From IMG/VR virus record IMGVR_UViG_2832220722_000003, positions 15,218 to 79,217 of that record: DNA of 64,000 nucleotides. One strand, 5' to 3'. The notes under the pieces were generated by a model. The model was given only the letters and a program-made list of their open reading frames with translations, searched no databases and had not been told where the DNA came from. Shown here one piece after another: positions 27,557-36,200 of this stretch; the stretch's first letter is position 1, and the number at the start of each line of letters is the position of its first letter. The stretch is from a virus (lineage: Duplodnaviria; Caudoviricetes). A program made the position numbers and the translations under genes.

Positions 27557-28701
27557 AGAACCCCCACCATCGTGCCCATCACGGAGGTGGGCTGGCTGGC
27601 CGGCCCGTAGTGCTTGTACGTGCGTCCCGAGCGCACGTCGTTGATGGAGGTCTTGGAGAAGCCGGTTTGCTCGGCCAGCTCGCGCGCGTTCAGCGTGCTC
27701 TCGCGAATCATCTGCACGTCCTCGGCCGTGAACACGCCCGGCCGGCTGCGCATGGCCTCGAATGTGCGGCGGCTGTGCACCACGCCGCCGAAACCGATGT
27801 CCGCGAAAGCCTTCTTCATCGCCTGGCTGCGCGTCACCTGCTTGTGGTGGTCATGGTTGCAGCATCCGGGCGTCTCGCAGGTGGTCACCAGTGTGTAGCC
27901 CTCGCGCAGCACCTTGCCGTGCACAACTTCCCACAGCACCTTGTCCACGCGGACGGTGTTCCCGCCGTGGCGGATCAGAGGGTGGCCCTGCAGGTTGCGG
28001 GCGCCGCTCCACTTGAGGCAGTCACCGCCCACGTCCTCGCAGCGCAGTTCGATTTCGCGGCCAATGTCCTCGGCCGGGCGCTCGTAGTCGGCCAGGGCGT
28101 ACAGCCAGCTCCCGTCCACCTGCACGATGCGCACCTTGCCTGCGCGGCGCGCCTTGCCCACCAGCCCCCGCATGTAAATGCGGCCCCGGTCGAAAATCTC
28201 CACCAGCAGCTCCAGGCGCACCGGCTGATGCAGCGCGATCTGCGCCAGCAACTCGCGGCGCTTCACGGGCCGGCGCGCGCCACCTTTGGTAACGGGCTGC
28301 GTGTACGGTATCCAGCGGCGCATGCCCTTGCCGTTGATGGAGGTGACCTTGGCCAGCTTCTCATACTCCATGCGGCGCAGCATCAGGCGCATGGGTTCGG
28401 GCGAGCACTTCGCCGCTGCAGCCAGCTCGCCGATGGTGCAGGGCTTGGCCTGGATGTGCTCCAGCACCTGCTCGGGTGTCCAGGTGCAGCGCGCGATGAT
28501 GGGCTCGGTGCTCGCCCAGTAGACGCCGGGCTGGTACGGAATCTTGATGCGTTTGGCCAGCACGCGGCGCTGCAGCTCGGCCGTGATGACCCTGAACTTC
28601 TCGGGCTTGTTGCCCAGCATGGCGGCCAGGTCGGCATCACGCATGCGCTGGGTATTCAGCAGCTGGGCCACCAGCGCCAGCTCTTGTTCGTTCACTGCCA
28701 T
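27547..28701 (-). CDS. Multi-HTH protein with HNH/His-Me-like domain
   Basis: Start MAVNEQEL; CLKWSG…TCETPGCCNHDH; C-terminal HTH (ARELAEQTGFSKTSINDVRSG). Confidence 0.65.
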   Translation of the reverse strand: MAVNEQELALVAQLLNTQRMRDADLAAMLGNKPEKFRVITAELQRRVLAKRIKIPYQPGVYWASTEPIIARCTWTPEQVLEHIQAKPCTIGELAAAAKCSPEPMRLMLRRMEYEKLAKVTSINGKGMRRWIPYTQPVTKGGARRPVKRRELLAQIALHQPVRLELLVEIFDRGRIYMRGLVGKARRAGKVRIVQVDGSWLYALADYERPAEDIGREIELRCEDVGGDCLKWSGARNLQGHPLIRHGGNTVRVDKVLWEVVHGKVLREGYTLVTTCETPGCCNHDHHKQVTRSQAMKKAFADIGFGGVVHSRRTFEAMRSRPGVFTAEDVQMIRESTLNARELAEQTGFSKTSINDVRSGRTYKHYGPASQPTSVMGTMVGVLCR

Positions 28702-29237
28702 GACTGCCGGCCCTCCATGCCCAGGGCCTCGCGGGCGAAGATGATCACGGTGGGCGTGCGGCGGATGCCGTCCCGCACCTGGGCCAGGATGGAGCGCGCC
28801 CAGTCCTTGCGGTCGCCCTTGTGGTCGTACTGCACGGGCTCGGGCGGGATCACGTTGGGCGGCGGCAGCGCGGGAAGGCGATTCTCCTGCGCCCAGGTCT
28901 TGCGCGGCGTGGCCGCTTTGCACAGCGCCTCGAACTGCGGCAGGCTCGGCGGGAACTCCCTGTGTTCTTCCGACATGCGCGCGGCGGCGGCCTCGATGAC
29001 GGCCGGCGGGTACTTGCCCAGCGCGGCGCGCCACACGGCCATGGTTGCCCGGATGCCCAGGTCGTGCCCCCGGCCGTCCTTCACGCCCGTGGCGTATTTC
29101 GTCATGAACGCCGTGCCGTAGCTGCCCTGCAGCAGCAGGAACAGGTTCTTGACAGCCAGCGCTGCCTGCTCGGCGGCCTGGTCCTGGGCGCCCTGCTCCA
29201 TGGCGCCCGCGTCGATGACTGCAGCGACTTCCTGCAT
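28692..29237 (-). CDS. Replication protein P-like (helicase loader)
   Basis: Follows the initiator; WRAALG…FPPSLPQFEALCK. Confidence 0.6.
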   Translation of the reverse strand: MQEVAAVIDAGAMEQGAQDQAAEQAALAVKNLFLLLQGSYGTAFMTKYATGVKDGRGHDLGIRATMAVWRAALGKYPPAVIEAAAARMSEEHREFPPSLPQFEALCKAATPRKTWAQENRLPALPPPNVIPPEPVQYDHKGDRKDWARSILAQVRDGIRRTPTVIIFAREALGMEGRQSWQ

Positions 29238-29239
29238 GG

Positions 29240-30124
29240 TCAGCTCTCCAAGATCGTTGCGTAGGCCGACGCGTGCTTGTGCTGTTCGGCTGGGTGGCTG
29301 GCGGCGGGGATGCCGGCGGACCACTGCGTGCGGTAGCCCTCGGCGCTCGACAGCAGCAGCCCCACGTCGTGCATGCGCTGCACCACGATGCGCTCGGTCA
29401 CGCGGTCCACGTAAAAGGCTGCTACCTGCGGCGATTCCTCGTAGCCCAGGCGCTGGACGAGTTGCTTCACCTTCGCATTCACCGTCGCGTTGCGGACGGG
29501 CTTGGCGCCGTAGCGCTTCGCGTAGGCGGCGCTGTAGGCGGCCCAGGTGGCGCGGCATGCCGCCTGCAGCTCGGTTTCCTTCGCGTCAGCCGGGACGGCC
29601 TTCACCTTCGTGACCGGCTGCGCAGCGGCCGGTAAAGGTTCATTGATGGTTAGGTGACGGTTCCCCTGATGATTTGGGGGCGGCATTTGCCCCTCTGGAG
29701 GGGCGGCATTTGCCGGTGGTGGGGCGGCATTTGCCCCACCTGGGGCGGCATTTGCCGGAGGGGCGGCATCTGCCAGGGGGGCGGCATTTGCCCCAGGGGC
29801 GGCATTTGCCGGCGCCTTCTTGCGCTGGGTCGCGCGCTTGCTGGCGGCTGGCGCCTTTTTCGGATCGAAGCGCTTCGGGGTAACGGTGTAGTTCGTGCTG
29901 GTGTTGTGGCGGTACTCGCGGAATACCGCGCCGGCCGACTGCAGCCACGCCAGCGCATCGCGCACGGCGCGCTCCGACAGGCATGTGCGATCCGTCAGCG
30001 TCTTCACGGACGGCCAGCACACGCCGTCATCGTTGGCCTGGTCCGCCAGCGAAATCAGCACGGCTTTCTGCGCGGGCGACATTCCCTGCAGCGGCCAGCA
30101 CTCGGCCATGATGATGGTGCTCAC
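29240..30124 (-). CDS. Replication initiator (HTH, lambda O-like) containing origin iterons
   Basis: KAVLISLADQANDDGVCWPSVKTL…LSERAVRDAL; internal ANAAP repeats. Confidence 0.85.
   Translation of the reverse strand: MSTIIMAECWPLQGMSPAQKAVLISLADQANDDGVCWPSVKTLTDRTCLSERAVRDALAWLQSAGAVFREYRHNTSTNYTVTPKRFDPKKAPAASKRATQRKKAPANAAPGANAAPLADAAPPANAAPGGANAAPPPANAAPPEGQMPPPNHQGNRHLTINEPLPAAAQPVTKVKAVPADAKETELQAACRATWAAYSAAYAKRYGAKPVRNATVNAKVKQLVQRLGYEESPQVAAFYVDRVTERIVVQRMHDVGLLLSSAEGYRTQWSAGIPAASHPAEQHKHASAYATILES
29677..29810. repeat. Seven iterons GGGGCGGCAT(T/C)TGCC, phage replication origin
   Basis: Copies at 29677, 29700, 29721, 29742, 29760, 29778, 29796 within the initiator gene. Confidence 0.85.
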
Positions 30125-30432
30125 TGACCGCCCTCCATGCTGCGCAGGCCGCGCATCGCCAGCGTGCGCATGGCCTTCACCTCGTCGGCATTGATCAGGT
30201 GCGCGTCCTCGGGCACAACCTTCAGGCCCAGGCCGGTCAGCAGCAGCGCCACCTGCTCAATCTGCTCAGACTTCCAGCGGCTTATGGTCGATTCCGAGGT
30301 GCCAAGGGAACTCGCCAGCTTCGATTGGCCAATCTCCGCAAGCTGGTTGCGCAAAGCGGTTTCGGTCTTGCGTGCTCTTTCACGCAGGTCTTGGGACACT
30401 TCAGGCATGCGTTGCTTCCTGTTCGATTTCAA
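30121..30432 (-). CDS. cII: CII-like transcriptional activator
   Basis: GQSKLASSLGTSESTISRWK…LGLKVVP matches the lambda CII family. Confidence 0.8.
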   Translation of the reverse strand: MKSNRKQRMPEVSQDLRERARKTETALRNQLAEIGQSKLASSLGTSESTISRWKSEQIEQVALLLTGLGLKVVPEDAHLINADEVKAMRTLAMRGLRSMEGGQ

Positions 30433-30630
30433 TCACCGCCCCGCCCTCCAGGAGCTTCGTGGGACGATGGGCCATTGGCGCGGTGAGGCCGCTGTCATAG
30501 GCAATGACTGCCCCGGCGGGCAGAACGTGGGGACGGTCAGTCATGGGTGAACTCCTGGTGGTGGGTGCCCGCCACTCCCCGGGCTACGATGGGCTTTCCA
30601 CAGCAACCATCAACCACAAGGAGGGCGGGC

Positions 30631-30879
30631 ATGAAAACGCTTTCGAGCGAGCAAAAAAGAATTGCGGAACTGCAAGGGCAGTTGCATGCAATGCGTACCT
30701 GCATCACAGCGCTCCTCGTTTCCATGCCGTCAGAGCAGCAGCAAGCCTTTGCCGCCAAGTTGGAGCACTTGGCAGAATGGGCGACGGCCAACGCTCTTGG
30801 GTCAGAGGCTCCGGAGGAGATGACTCAGGCGTTTGCCGACGAACTTCAGTCCATCCGCGCTCTATTCGCCGTACGCTAG
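30631..30879 (+). CDS. Small hypothetical protein, antisense to the early-right operon
   Basis: AAGGAGG SD before ATG; 82 aa. Confidence 0.55.
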   Translation: MKTLSSEQKRIAELQGQLHAMRTCITALLVSMPSEQQQAFAAKLEHLAEWATANALGSEAPEEMTQAFADELQSIRALFAVR

Positions 30880-31046
30880 CCTCCAAGCCTGCTTTGGCGA
30901 GTTCCATCCGAGCGTCGTGGAAGTCCTTGAGCCCGTCATCGGCGCAGACGGTGGCGACAGGTCGCCGGATCTCCGCAGGGCTTGCGGTCAGCGTCTGCGC
31001 CCTTTCGTGGCGCAGTTGAAGGCCGAGGCATAAGGCCGTGGGAAGC

Positions 31047-31325
31047 TCAGCCATGAACTCCATCCGGCACGCGCTTGCTCGCCTCCCATGCTTGCGCGGG
31101 TTCTTGGGTGGGGAAGGAGGGCAAAGGCAGGGAGCCGTAGATGTGGTCGAACGACAGCGACACACCAAAGGTGGCGGCGAAGTCGATCACCTTGCGTGCC
31201 ATGTCCGGCGGGAGGGTTTGCCCGCGCTCGTAGTTCGCCACGTTGCTCTGGGTGCAGCCGAGGCCTTGTGCCAGCGCCTGCTGAGTGACTGCGAGACGCT
31301 CGCGAATGGACTTGAGGTTGTGCAT
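31047..31325 (-). CDS. cro: Cro-like XRE repressor
   Basis: LKSIRERLAVTQQALAQGLGCTQSNVANYERG; divergent from cI. Confidence 0.85.
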   Translation of the reverse strand: MHNLKSIRERLAVTQQALAQGLGCTQSNVANYERGQTLPPDMARKVIDFAATFGVSLSFDHIYGSLPLPSFPTQEPAQAWEASKRVPDGVHG

Positions 31326-31328
31326 TCC

Positions 31329-31403
31329 TCAAGTATCAGCGGCGCTTGTTTTTCTGTCAACCAGCGGCGCTTGTTTGCAATTATTTGTCACGCTGATACT
31401 TGA
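31329..31403. promoter_or_regulatory. OR-like region: operators and divergent PR/PRM-like promoters
   Basis: CAGCGGCGCTTGTTT at 31337 and 31362; 13-bp inverted repeat 31329-41/31391-403; minus-strand TTGACA-17-GATACT; plus-strand GATACT 7 nt before the cI ATG. Confidence 0.85.
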
Positions 31404-31407
31404 TCCC

Positions 31408-32166
31408 ATGAGCGAATCGAACAAGAAGGCCACCGTGACGGATGAGCATCGCGAAGAGGCTCGTGCGCTCAGAGCCATATGGGAACAGGCAAAGCCCGCG
31501 AGCCAGAAGGAATTCGGTCGCGAGTTCGGTATTGGCGGACAGGCCGCAGTGAGTGCTTTTCTGGCTGGCAAGTCCGCTCTCAGCCTTAAAGCGGCGACCG
31601 GCTTCGCCACTGGCCTCGCCTGCCGCATCGAAGATTTCAGTCCACGCTTGGCCGCGAGCGCTTCTCAAGTCGCCGAGGTGACGGGAGCCCAAGGAGAAGA
31701 ATCAGCACGTCCGCCAGCCACCGAAATGCGTGAGCCAAAGGTGCCGGCCGGCTACGTCCGCCTTCCTGTGTTGGCCGAGGCAGCAGCGGGTGCCGGCCGC
31801 GCACCTTTGCCTGAGGTGGTGAAGTACGTGGATGTGCTGGAGAGTTTCATCCGGCAGAGGTTCAACCGTAACCCGCACTCACTTAAGGTGCTCACGGCTC
31901 GCGGCAACAGCATGACCGGAGATATTGAAGACGGCGACGTGATGTTCGTGCAGCCGACGAACGAGTTCACGGATGACGGCATCTACGTGCTCACCTTGGA
32001 CGACCTGATCCGCGTGAAACGGTTGAGCGTATCGCTCATCTCTGGCCACGTGGTCATCGAGAGCAACGATGGCCGGAAGCCGGAGGAATTGCCCTTGCGC
32101 GAGGTGCCGCACCGCCTGCATATTCAGGGCCGCGTGATCGGCGCTTGGTCGCTGCGGACGTTCTGA
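31408..32166 (+). CDS. cI: CI-like repressor (HTH plus S24 peptidase)
   Basis: HTH SQKEFGREFGIGGQAAVSAFLAG; AGAG cleavage region; RGNSM serine and VKRL lysine motifs. Confidence 0.9.
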   Translation: MSESNKKATVTDEHREEARALRAIWEQAKPASQKEFGREFGIGGQAAVSAFLAGKSALSLKAATGFATGLACRIEDFSPRLAASASQVAEVTGAQGEESARPPATEMREPKVPAGYVRLPVLAEAAAGAGRAPLPEVVKYVDVLESFIRQRFNRNPHSLKVLTARGNSMTGDIEDGDVMFVQPTNEFTDDGIYVLTLDDLIRVKRLSVSLISGHVVIESNDGRKPEELPLREVPHRLHIQGRVIGAWSLRTF

Positions 32167-32561
32167 TGCGCCGCGCGTTTCTGATGGTCTCGGCAGGGGC
32201 GCTGTTGTGTGCTCCCGTCTGGCCCGCAAGCCCCTCATGCTGGATCGGCGCCAAGTGCATCAAGAGCCAAGGCACATCGATCCCGGTTTCGACGGTCCAC
32301 AACATGTTGGACCGCTGTGGAGAGTTCACGGCAGGCGGCGTCGGGCGCCGCGTCCTTCGTATGTCTATTCAACAGATACAACAGGCGTCAGGCGGAAATA
32401 TTCTGCACCCCGTCTTCTCCGCTTACCACGCATTCACCGAACTCTACGATAGTCCACTACTGTTTGATCGACAGTCGAATGTTGAGAGCACCAACTATGA
32501 ACAAATCGCCAGCGCCTGTGCGAAGCTCAGCCGCGACTATGAAACCTGGCTGAACAAATGA
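32166..32561 (+). CDS. Secreted/periplasmic hypothetical protein
   Basis: TGATG coupling to cI; N-terminal signal-peptide-like segment; Cys pairs. Confidence 0.7.
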   Translation: MRRAFLMVSAGALLCAPVWPASPSCWIGAKCIKSQGTSIPVSTVHNMLDRCGEFTAGGVGRRVLRMSIQQIQQASGGNILHPVFSAYHAFTELYDSPLLFDRQSNVESTNYEQIASACAKLSRDYETWLNK

Positions 32562-32851
32562 AGTCGGCGTGGTTAAGCCTGCTGCTGGGCGCCCTGCTCC
32601 CCCTTTCTGCCGAGCCCAAAATCCCGCGCGACCGCAACGAGGTCCGCGCCTTCCGTGCCGAGCACCCCTGCCCGGCCACGGGACGGATTCGAGGCGCTTG
32701 TCCTGGCTACCACGTTGACCATGTGATTCCCCTCTGCGCTGGCGGGCTGGACCGGCCGGTGAACATGCAGTGGATCACCCGGGAGGACCATCGCTGGAAG
32801 ACGTTCGTGGACGTGCGCGAGTGCCGGAAATTGAAGAAGGAGCAGCCTTGA
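32558..32851 (+). CDS. HNH endonuclease with signal-peptide-like N-terminus
   Basis: CPATG…CPGYHVDHVIPLCAGG…NMQW…H. Confidence 0.8.
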   Translation: MKSAWLSLLLGALLPLSAEPKIPRDRNEVRAFRAEHPCPATGRIRGACPGYHVDHVIPLCAGGLDRPVNMQWITREDHRWKTFVDVRECRKLKKEQP

Positions 32852-33117
32852 TCCTGACCCTGAAAATCGACAAGATCGAGCCCGGCCGCTATCGCGCCGT
32901 CGTCCTTGATGGTCGTGAAGAGATGGACGAATGGGGCGCCTCCGGCATTGGTGATGCCATCCGTCAGTGCGGCCAAGCCCAGATGCCGGACCTGTCGGGC
33001 TTCCACATCTGGTACGAGCACGTCTGCGCGGGCACCATCTCCATGAGCAACATGCGCATCGACCCCGAAGGCATCGCCCAGCGGCTGATGTCGTTGCATA
33101 GCTCCATCAAAGGCTGA
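32848..33117 (+). CDS. Hypothetical protein
   Basis: TTG start after AAGGAG, overlapping the previous stop. Confidence 0.6.
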   Translation: MILTLKIDKIEPGRYRAVVLDGREEMDEWGASGIGDAIRQCGQAQMPDLSGFHIWYEHVCAGTISMSNMRIDPEGIAQRLMSLHSSIKG

Positions 33118-33120
33118 CCA

Positions 33121-33324
33121 ATGACCAATGCCCCTCGCCTCCAATACACCAGCGTCAGAACCCGCATCATAGACGGAGTGCCGCTCATCGGCCTGAGGCA
33201 CACAGCCAAGGGCGCCGCCGACATGCCGATCAAGACTGTCTGGATCGAAATGCCACCAGAGGACGTGGAACGGTTGATCAAGACGCTGCAGGAGACGCTC
33301 GCCGAGTTGGGCGCAAGCGACTGA
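33121..33324 (+). CDS. Hypothetical protein
   Basis: 67 aa ORF in the operon. Confidence 0.55.
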   Translation: MTNAPRLQYTSVRTRIIDGVPLIGLRHTAKGAADMPIKTVWIEMPPEDVERLIKTLQETLAELGASD

Positions 33325-33374
33325 CTGAAGGTCACCATCGAATTGAGAGTAGCGCTGCAAGGTGATAGCGAAAT

Positions 33375-33407
33375 CCTAATAGCGGAACTATTAGGCCGTG
33401 CTACAGT
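33375..33407 (+). promoter_or_regulatory. Palindromic operator plus extended -10 upstream of the TA pair
   Basis: CCTAATAG-N5-CTATTAGG, then TGCTACAGT. Confidence 0.55.
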
Positions 33408-33417
33408 CCAAATTGCT

Positions 33418-33912
33418 ATGCAATCCACACAAGGCCGCATCAACATCGCCCGCATGACGCCAGTAGGCGCTCAGGCGTTTGCCGCGCGCAACCTGGAACT
33501 GCTGGCCGCCATCGAGAACACCCTCGACGCATTGAGCGCTGACACAAATCTTCTGCACGCCATTCACGCCGGCTATCGGGAAATTCACGAGAAGCTGGAA
33601 GGCACCGCCACCGCCATCGATGAGGGGGGGCGCATCCAGGGCATACTGGACAAGGCTGGTGCATCCTGCGCTCGCATCTACCACGATGCATGCCAGCGTC
33701 ATCAAAGCGCATGCCAAGACCCACAGTTGCGCCCTGACGACGGCGTGGCAGACGCCTACAGCGCCTTCATCGACGCGCTGCGCGAGTTGCACGACACCAT
33801 CGAGTACCTGCGCGAATGGATCGCCACGCATGATGCCGTACTGCAACCCACCACAGGAACGGTGTACGCCAGCGCAGACGATCTGTTTGCCGCCCTGCTG
33901 CCCCGTCATTGA
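33418..33912 (+). CDS. Putative antitoxin (helical)
   Basis: Overlaps the toxin start; C-terminal VYASADDLFAAL resembles RelB/DinJ-type tails. Confidence 0.6.
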   Translation: MQSTQGRINIARMTPVGAQAFAARNLELLAAIENTLDALSADTNLLHAIHAGYREIHEKLEGTATAIDEGGRIQGILDKAGASCARIYHDACQRHQSACQDPQLRPDDGVADAYSAFIDALRELHDTIEYLREWIATHDAVLQPTTGTVYASADDLFAALLPRH

Positions 33913-34202
33913 GCCGCATCACCATCACCGGCCTAGCAAATTCCGATCGGTTCGCATCGGATTTGCGCAGCGCGCCAGCAGAAGTGCAACGAGCCGCCCT
34001 GGAGGCCATCAGGCTATTGCAGACCAACCCCGGAGCTAAATCGCTGCGCCTACACAACCTCAAGGGCATGCCCAAACCCACCATCTGGAAGATCGACGTG
34101 TACGCCAACCATGCCTGGCAGATCACCTTTGAGATGAACGGCCAAGTGGCAGAACTAAAGCGACTAGGCACGCACAAGACCATTGACCGCGATCCGCGCT
34201 GA
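33909..34202 (+). CDS. RelE/YafQ-superfamily toxin
   Basis: SLRLHNLKG…WKIDV…ITF…LKRLGTH. Confidence 0.7.
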   Translation: MSRITITGLANSDRFASDLRSAPAEVQRAALEAIRLLQTNPGAKSLRLHNLKGMPKPTIWKIDVYANHAWQITFEMNGQVAELKRLGTHKTIDRDPR

Positions 34203-34221
34203 ATAGCCTACTCGCCTACAC

Positions 34222-34249
34222 AAAGCCGCCCACCGAGGCGGCTTTTTTT
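34222..34249 (+). terminator. Intrinsic terminator of the immunity operon
   Basis: AAAGCCGCC-N6-GGCGGC-T7. Confidence 0.85.
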
Positions 34250-34287
34250 CGTCTGTTGGATGGTGGGCATGGGGGGTGTAGCAAAAA

Positions 34288-34332
34288 AAACAAGCGCCGC
34301 TGATTGACATGTAAACAAGCGCCGCTGATAAT
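34288..34332 (+). promoter_or_regulatory. PL/OL-like early promoter with two operators
   Basis: TTGACA(34304)-17-GATAAT(34327); AAACAAGCGCCGCTGAT at 34288 and 34313 (reverse complement of the OR repeats). Confidence 0.9.
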
Positions 34333-34674
34333 TCCTCATCGACACAACGAACCCCAGCAGACGGATGTGGAAGCTGGAGCGAAGGCAAGGCAATGCCGGT
34401 TCGGTCGGGTGAATCCTGCGCTGCAGGCTCTCCCTGGCACCACGTCGGTGGGCACCACGGCATCGACCAGGCTGCTCTAGTTCTCGCAGCTTGGCAGGCT
34501 GGGTAAACAAAGCACCTCCGCGGTCGGCAGCGGGTTAAAAGAGGCCGCCCCCGCTCTACCACTCGCACGCCGCCCGGATGGGATCACGGTGTAAATGCAG
34601 CGATCTGGGAAAGGCCGGTCGAAGTCCACACCCTGGGGCCGAATACGGGGTTGAGGCGCGGCGCCAAGAACAGA

Positions 34675-35006
34675 AAGCCGATGGGTGAAGACGACCCACC
34701 ACAACGGTCATGCCGGTTGGAATCCCGGCGCAGTCCTCGCAAGAGGGCCATCACGCATGCCGGTTGACCTGTCTGCAGCAGGGATCAATGGCCGCATTCG
34801 GGAAACAGCGTGGGCAGGCCCCACTGCGATCCTGAGTCCCAGCCCGAGATTGCAGCCGGCAGTCGTGATGGTTGCGCATGACTGGAAGCCCTCGGCGCTA
34901 CGGCGCTCAGGCGGCAGACAGACCTGTGACGGCGCGGCGCGGCCTTACGGCCAAGCGGCCTATGGAATGCAGCCCGAAAAATGCGGAAGGTAGCCCGCAA
35001 CCATCA
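34675..35006 (+). ncRNA. Putative structured RNA in the long leader of the early operon
   Basis: Long-range stems 34748-66/34853-71 and 34866-76/34996-35006; GCAA and UACG tetraloop hairpins; no convincing ORF. Confidence 0.4.
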
Positions 35007-35147
35007 ACCATTTCCCAACCGCGCCGAGCAGCGCAACTACCGCCCTCCCCCTCTCTTTTGCTCGGCATGCCCAAGCGGCAAGCGGCTTTCTTTTTTCCAC
35101 GGCCCTCCACGCGAGGGCTTTTTCTTTTCCACCACCAGGAGCACACA

Positions 35148-35720
35148 GTGCACATCACCCTCAACAACCCGACCTTCAATTTCCAGGCGCCACCCGCCGA
35201 CTTCTTCGCCGTACTGCTGCGCGGCAAAGAACCTGACACCACGGCGCCAGCAGTAACAAAGGCCGTCTCTGGACGCCCGCAGATCGGCGAATACTGGGCC
35301 GGCCAAGGCGGCATCTACGCGGGCGACTTCCGCGCCGGTGACGGTTTGACCTACGGCCTGATTGCCGCGCCCGATCAGGACATCGGCCGCGCCACATGGG
35401 GCCCCAACGGCAAGCGCGATCTGTCTGGCTGGGATGGGCTGGAGAACACCCGCAGCCTCATCAAAGAGAGCCCCGCAGCCAAGCTGGCCGCCGGCTACAC
35501 CCGCGACGGGCACAGCGATTTCTACCTACCCGCCCACCGCGAGCTGCTGCTGGGCGCGGCCAACCTGTACGAGACATTCGGCACGGAGTCCTGGTATTGG
35601 ACGAGCACGCCATACGCCAACGACTACGCAAAGGCCTTCGACTTCGAGACCGGGCACTGCCTCTACTACAGCCGCGACCACGAGTTCCGCGTCCGGCCCT
35701 TCCGCAGATTCATTTATTGA
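35148..35720 (+). CDS. DGR target protein 1 (DUF1566/C-type-lectin-fold-like) with C-terminal VR
   Basis: GTG after CAGGAG; GEYWAGQGGIYAG, DFYLPAHREL, WYWTST; VR matches TR. Confidence 0.9.
   Translation: MHITLNNPTFNFQAPPADFFAVLLRGKEPDTTAPAVTKAVSGRPQIGEYWAGQGGIYAGDFRAGDGLTYGLIAAPDQDIGRATWGPNGKRDLSGWDGLENTRSLIKESPAAKLAAGYTRDGHSDFYLPAHRELLLGAANLYETFGTESWYWTSTPYANDYAKAFDFETGHCLYYSRDHEFRVRPFRRFIY
35633..35706 (+). repeat. DGR variable repeat VR1
   Basis: 74 bp; 9 mismatches to TR, all at TR adenines. Confidence 0.95.
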
Positions 35721-35762
35721 GCCCTTCACCCATTCCTCTCATCACCACAGCAGGAGCATCCA

Positions 35763-36182
35763 GTGACCACCGAAGCCAAAACGCGCATCCCCGCCCTCAA
35801 CACGCCCTGGCCCGAGCAGGGCGGCATTTACATCGGCTCGCGCCTCGTCAACGGCGCTGTCCACCATGTCGTGATCGCTGACGGCGGCACGGCCCGCGAC
35901 CTCACGGGTCAGAACTTCAAGGCCGCGCAGAACGTTCAGTTCGGCGAGATTGACGGGCACAGCGACTGGCACGCAGGCGACCAGGAAGACCACATGCTGG
36001 CCTACATCAACGGCCGCGAGCACTTCAAGCAGGAAGACGACAGCATCTACTGGACGCGCGGCGAGCACCACGGCTGGCCCTGGGCCTTCGACTTCGAGGA
36101 CGGGCACTGCAACGGCAACTACCGCTACTACGAGTTCCGCGTCCGGCCCTTCCGCAGTTTTCCCGATTCATCCATTCAGTAA
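35763..36182 (+). CDS. DGR target protein 2 (DUF1566-like) with C-terminal VR
   Basis: WPEQGGIYIG, GHSDW, YWT; VR matches TR. Confidence 0.9.
   Translation: MTTEAKTRIPALNTPWPEQGGIYIGSRLVNGAVHHVVIADGGTARDLTGQNFKAAQNVQFGEIDGHSDWHAGDQEDHMLAYINGREHFKQEDDSIYWTRGEHHGWPWAFDFEDGHCNGNYRYYEFRVRPFRSFPDSSIQ
36083..36156 (+). repeat. DGR variable repeat VR2
   Basis: 74 bp; 7 mismatches to TR, all at TR adenines. Confidence 0.95.
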
Positions 36183-36185
36183 TTC

Positions 36186-36200
36186 GCGGGCGTAGCCCGC
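36186..36200 (+). other. DGR target-recognition hairpin candidate
   Basis: GCGGGC-GTA-GCCCGC about 30 nt after VR2. Confidence 0.6.

Noticed and set aside
29677-29810. CRISPR array
   Set aside because: Repeats are 15 bp with 3-8 nt gaps inside a coding gene; no cas genes
34700-34735. tRNA gene suggested by GGTTGGAATCCC
   Set aside because: No acceptor stem, D-arm or CCA could be built
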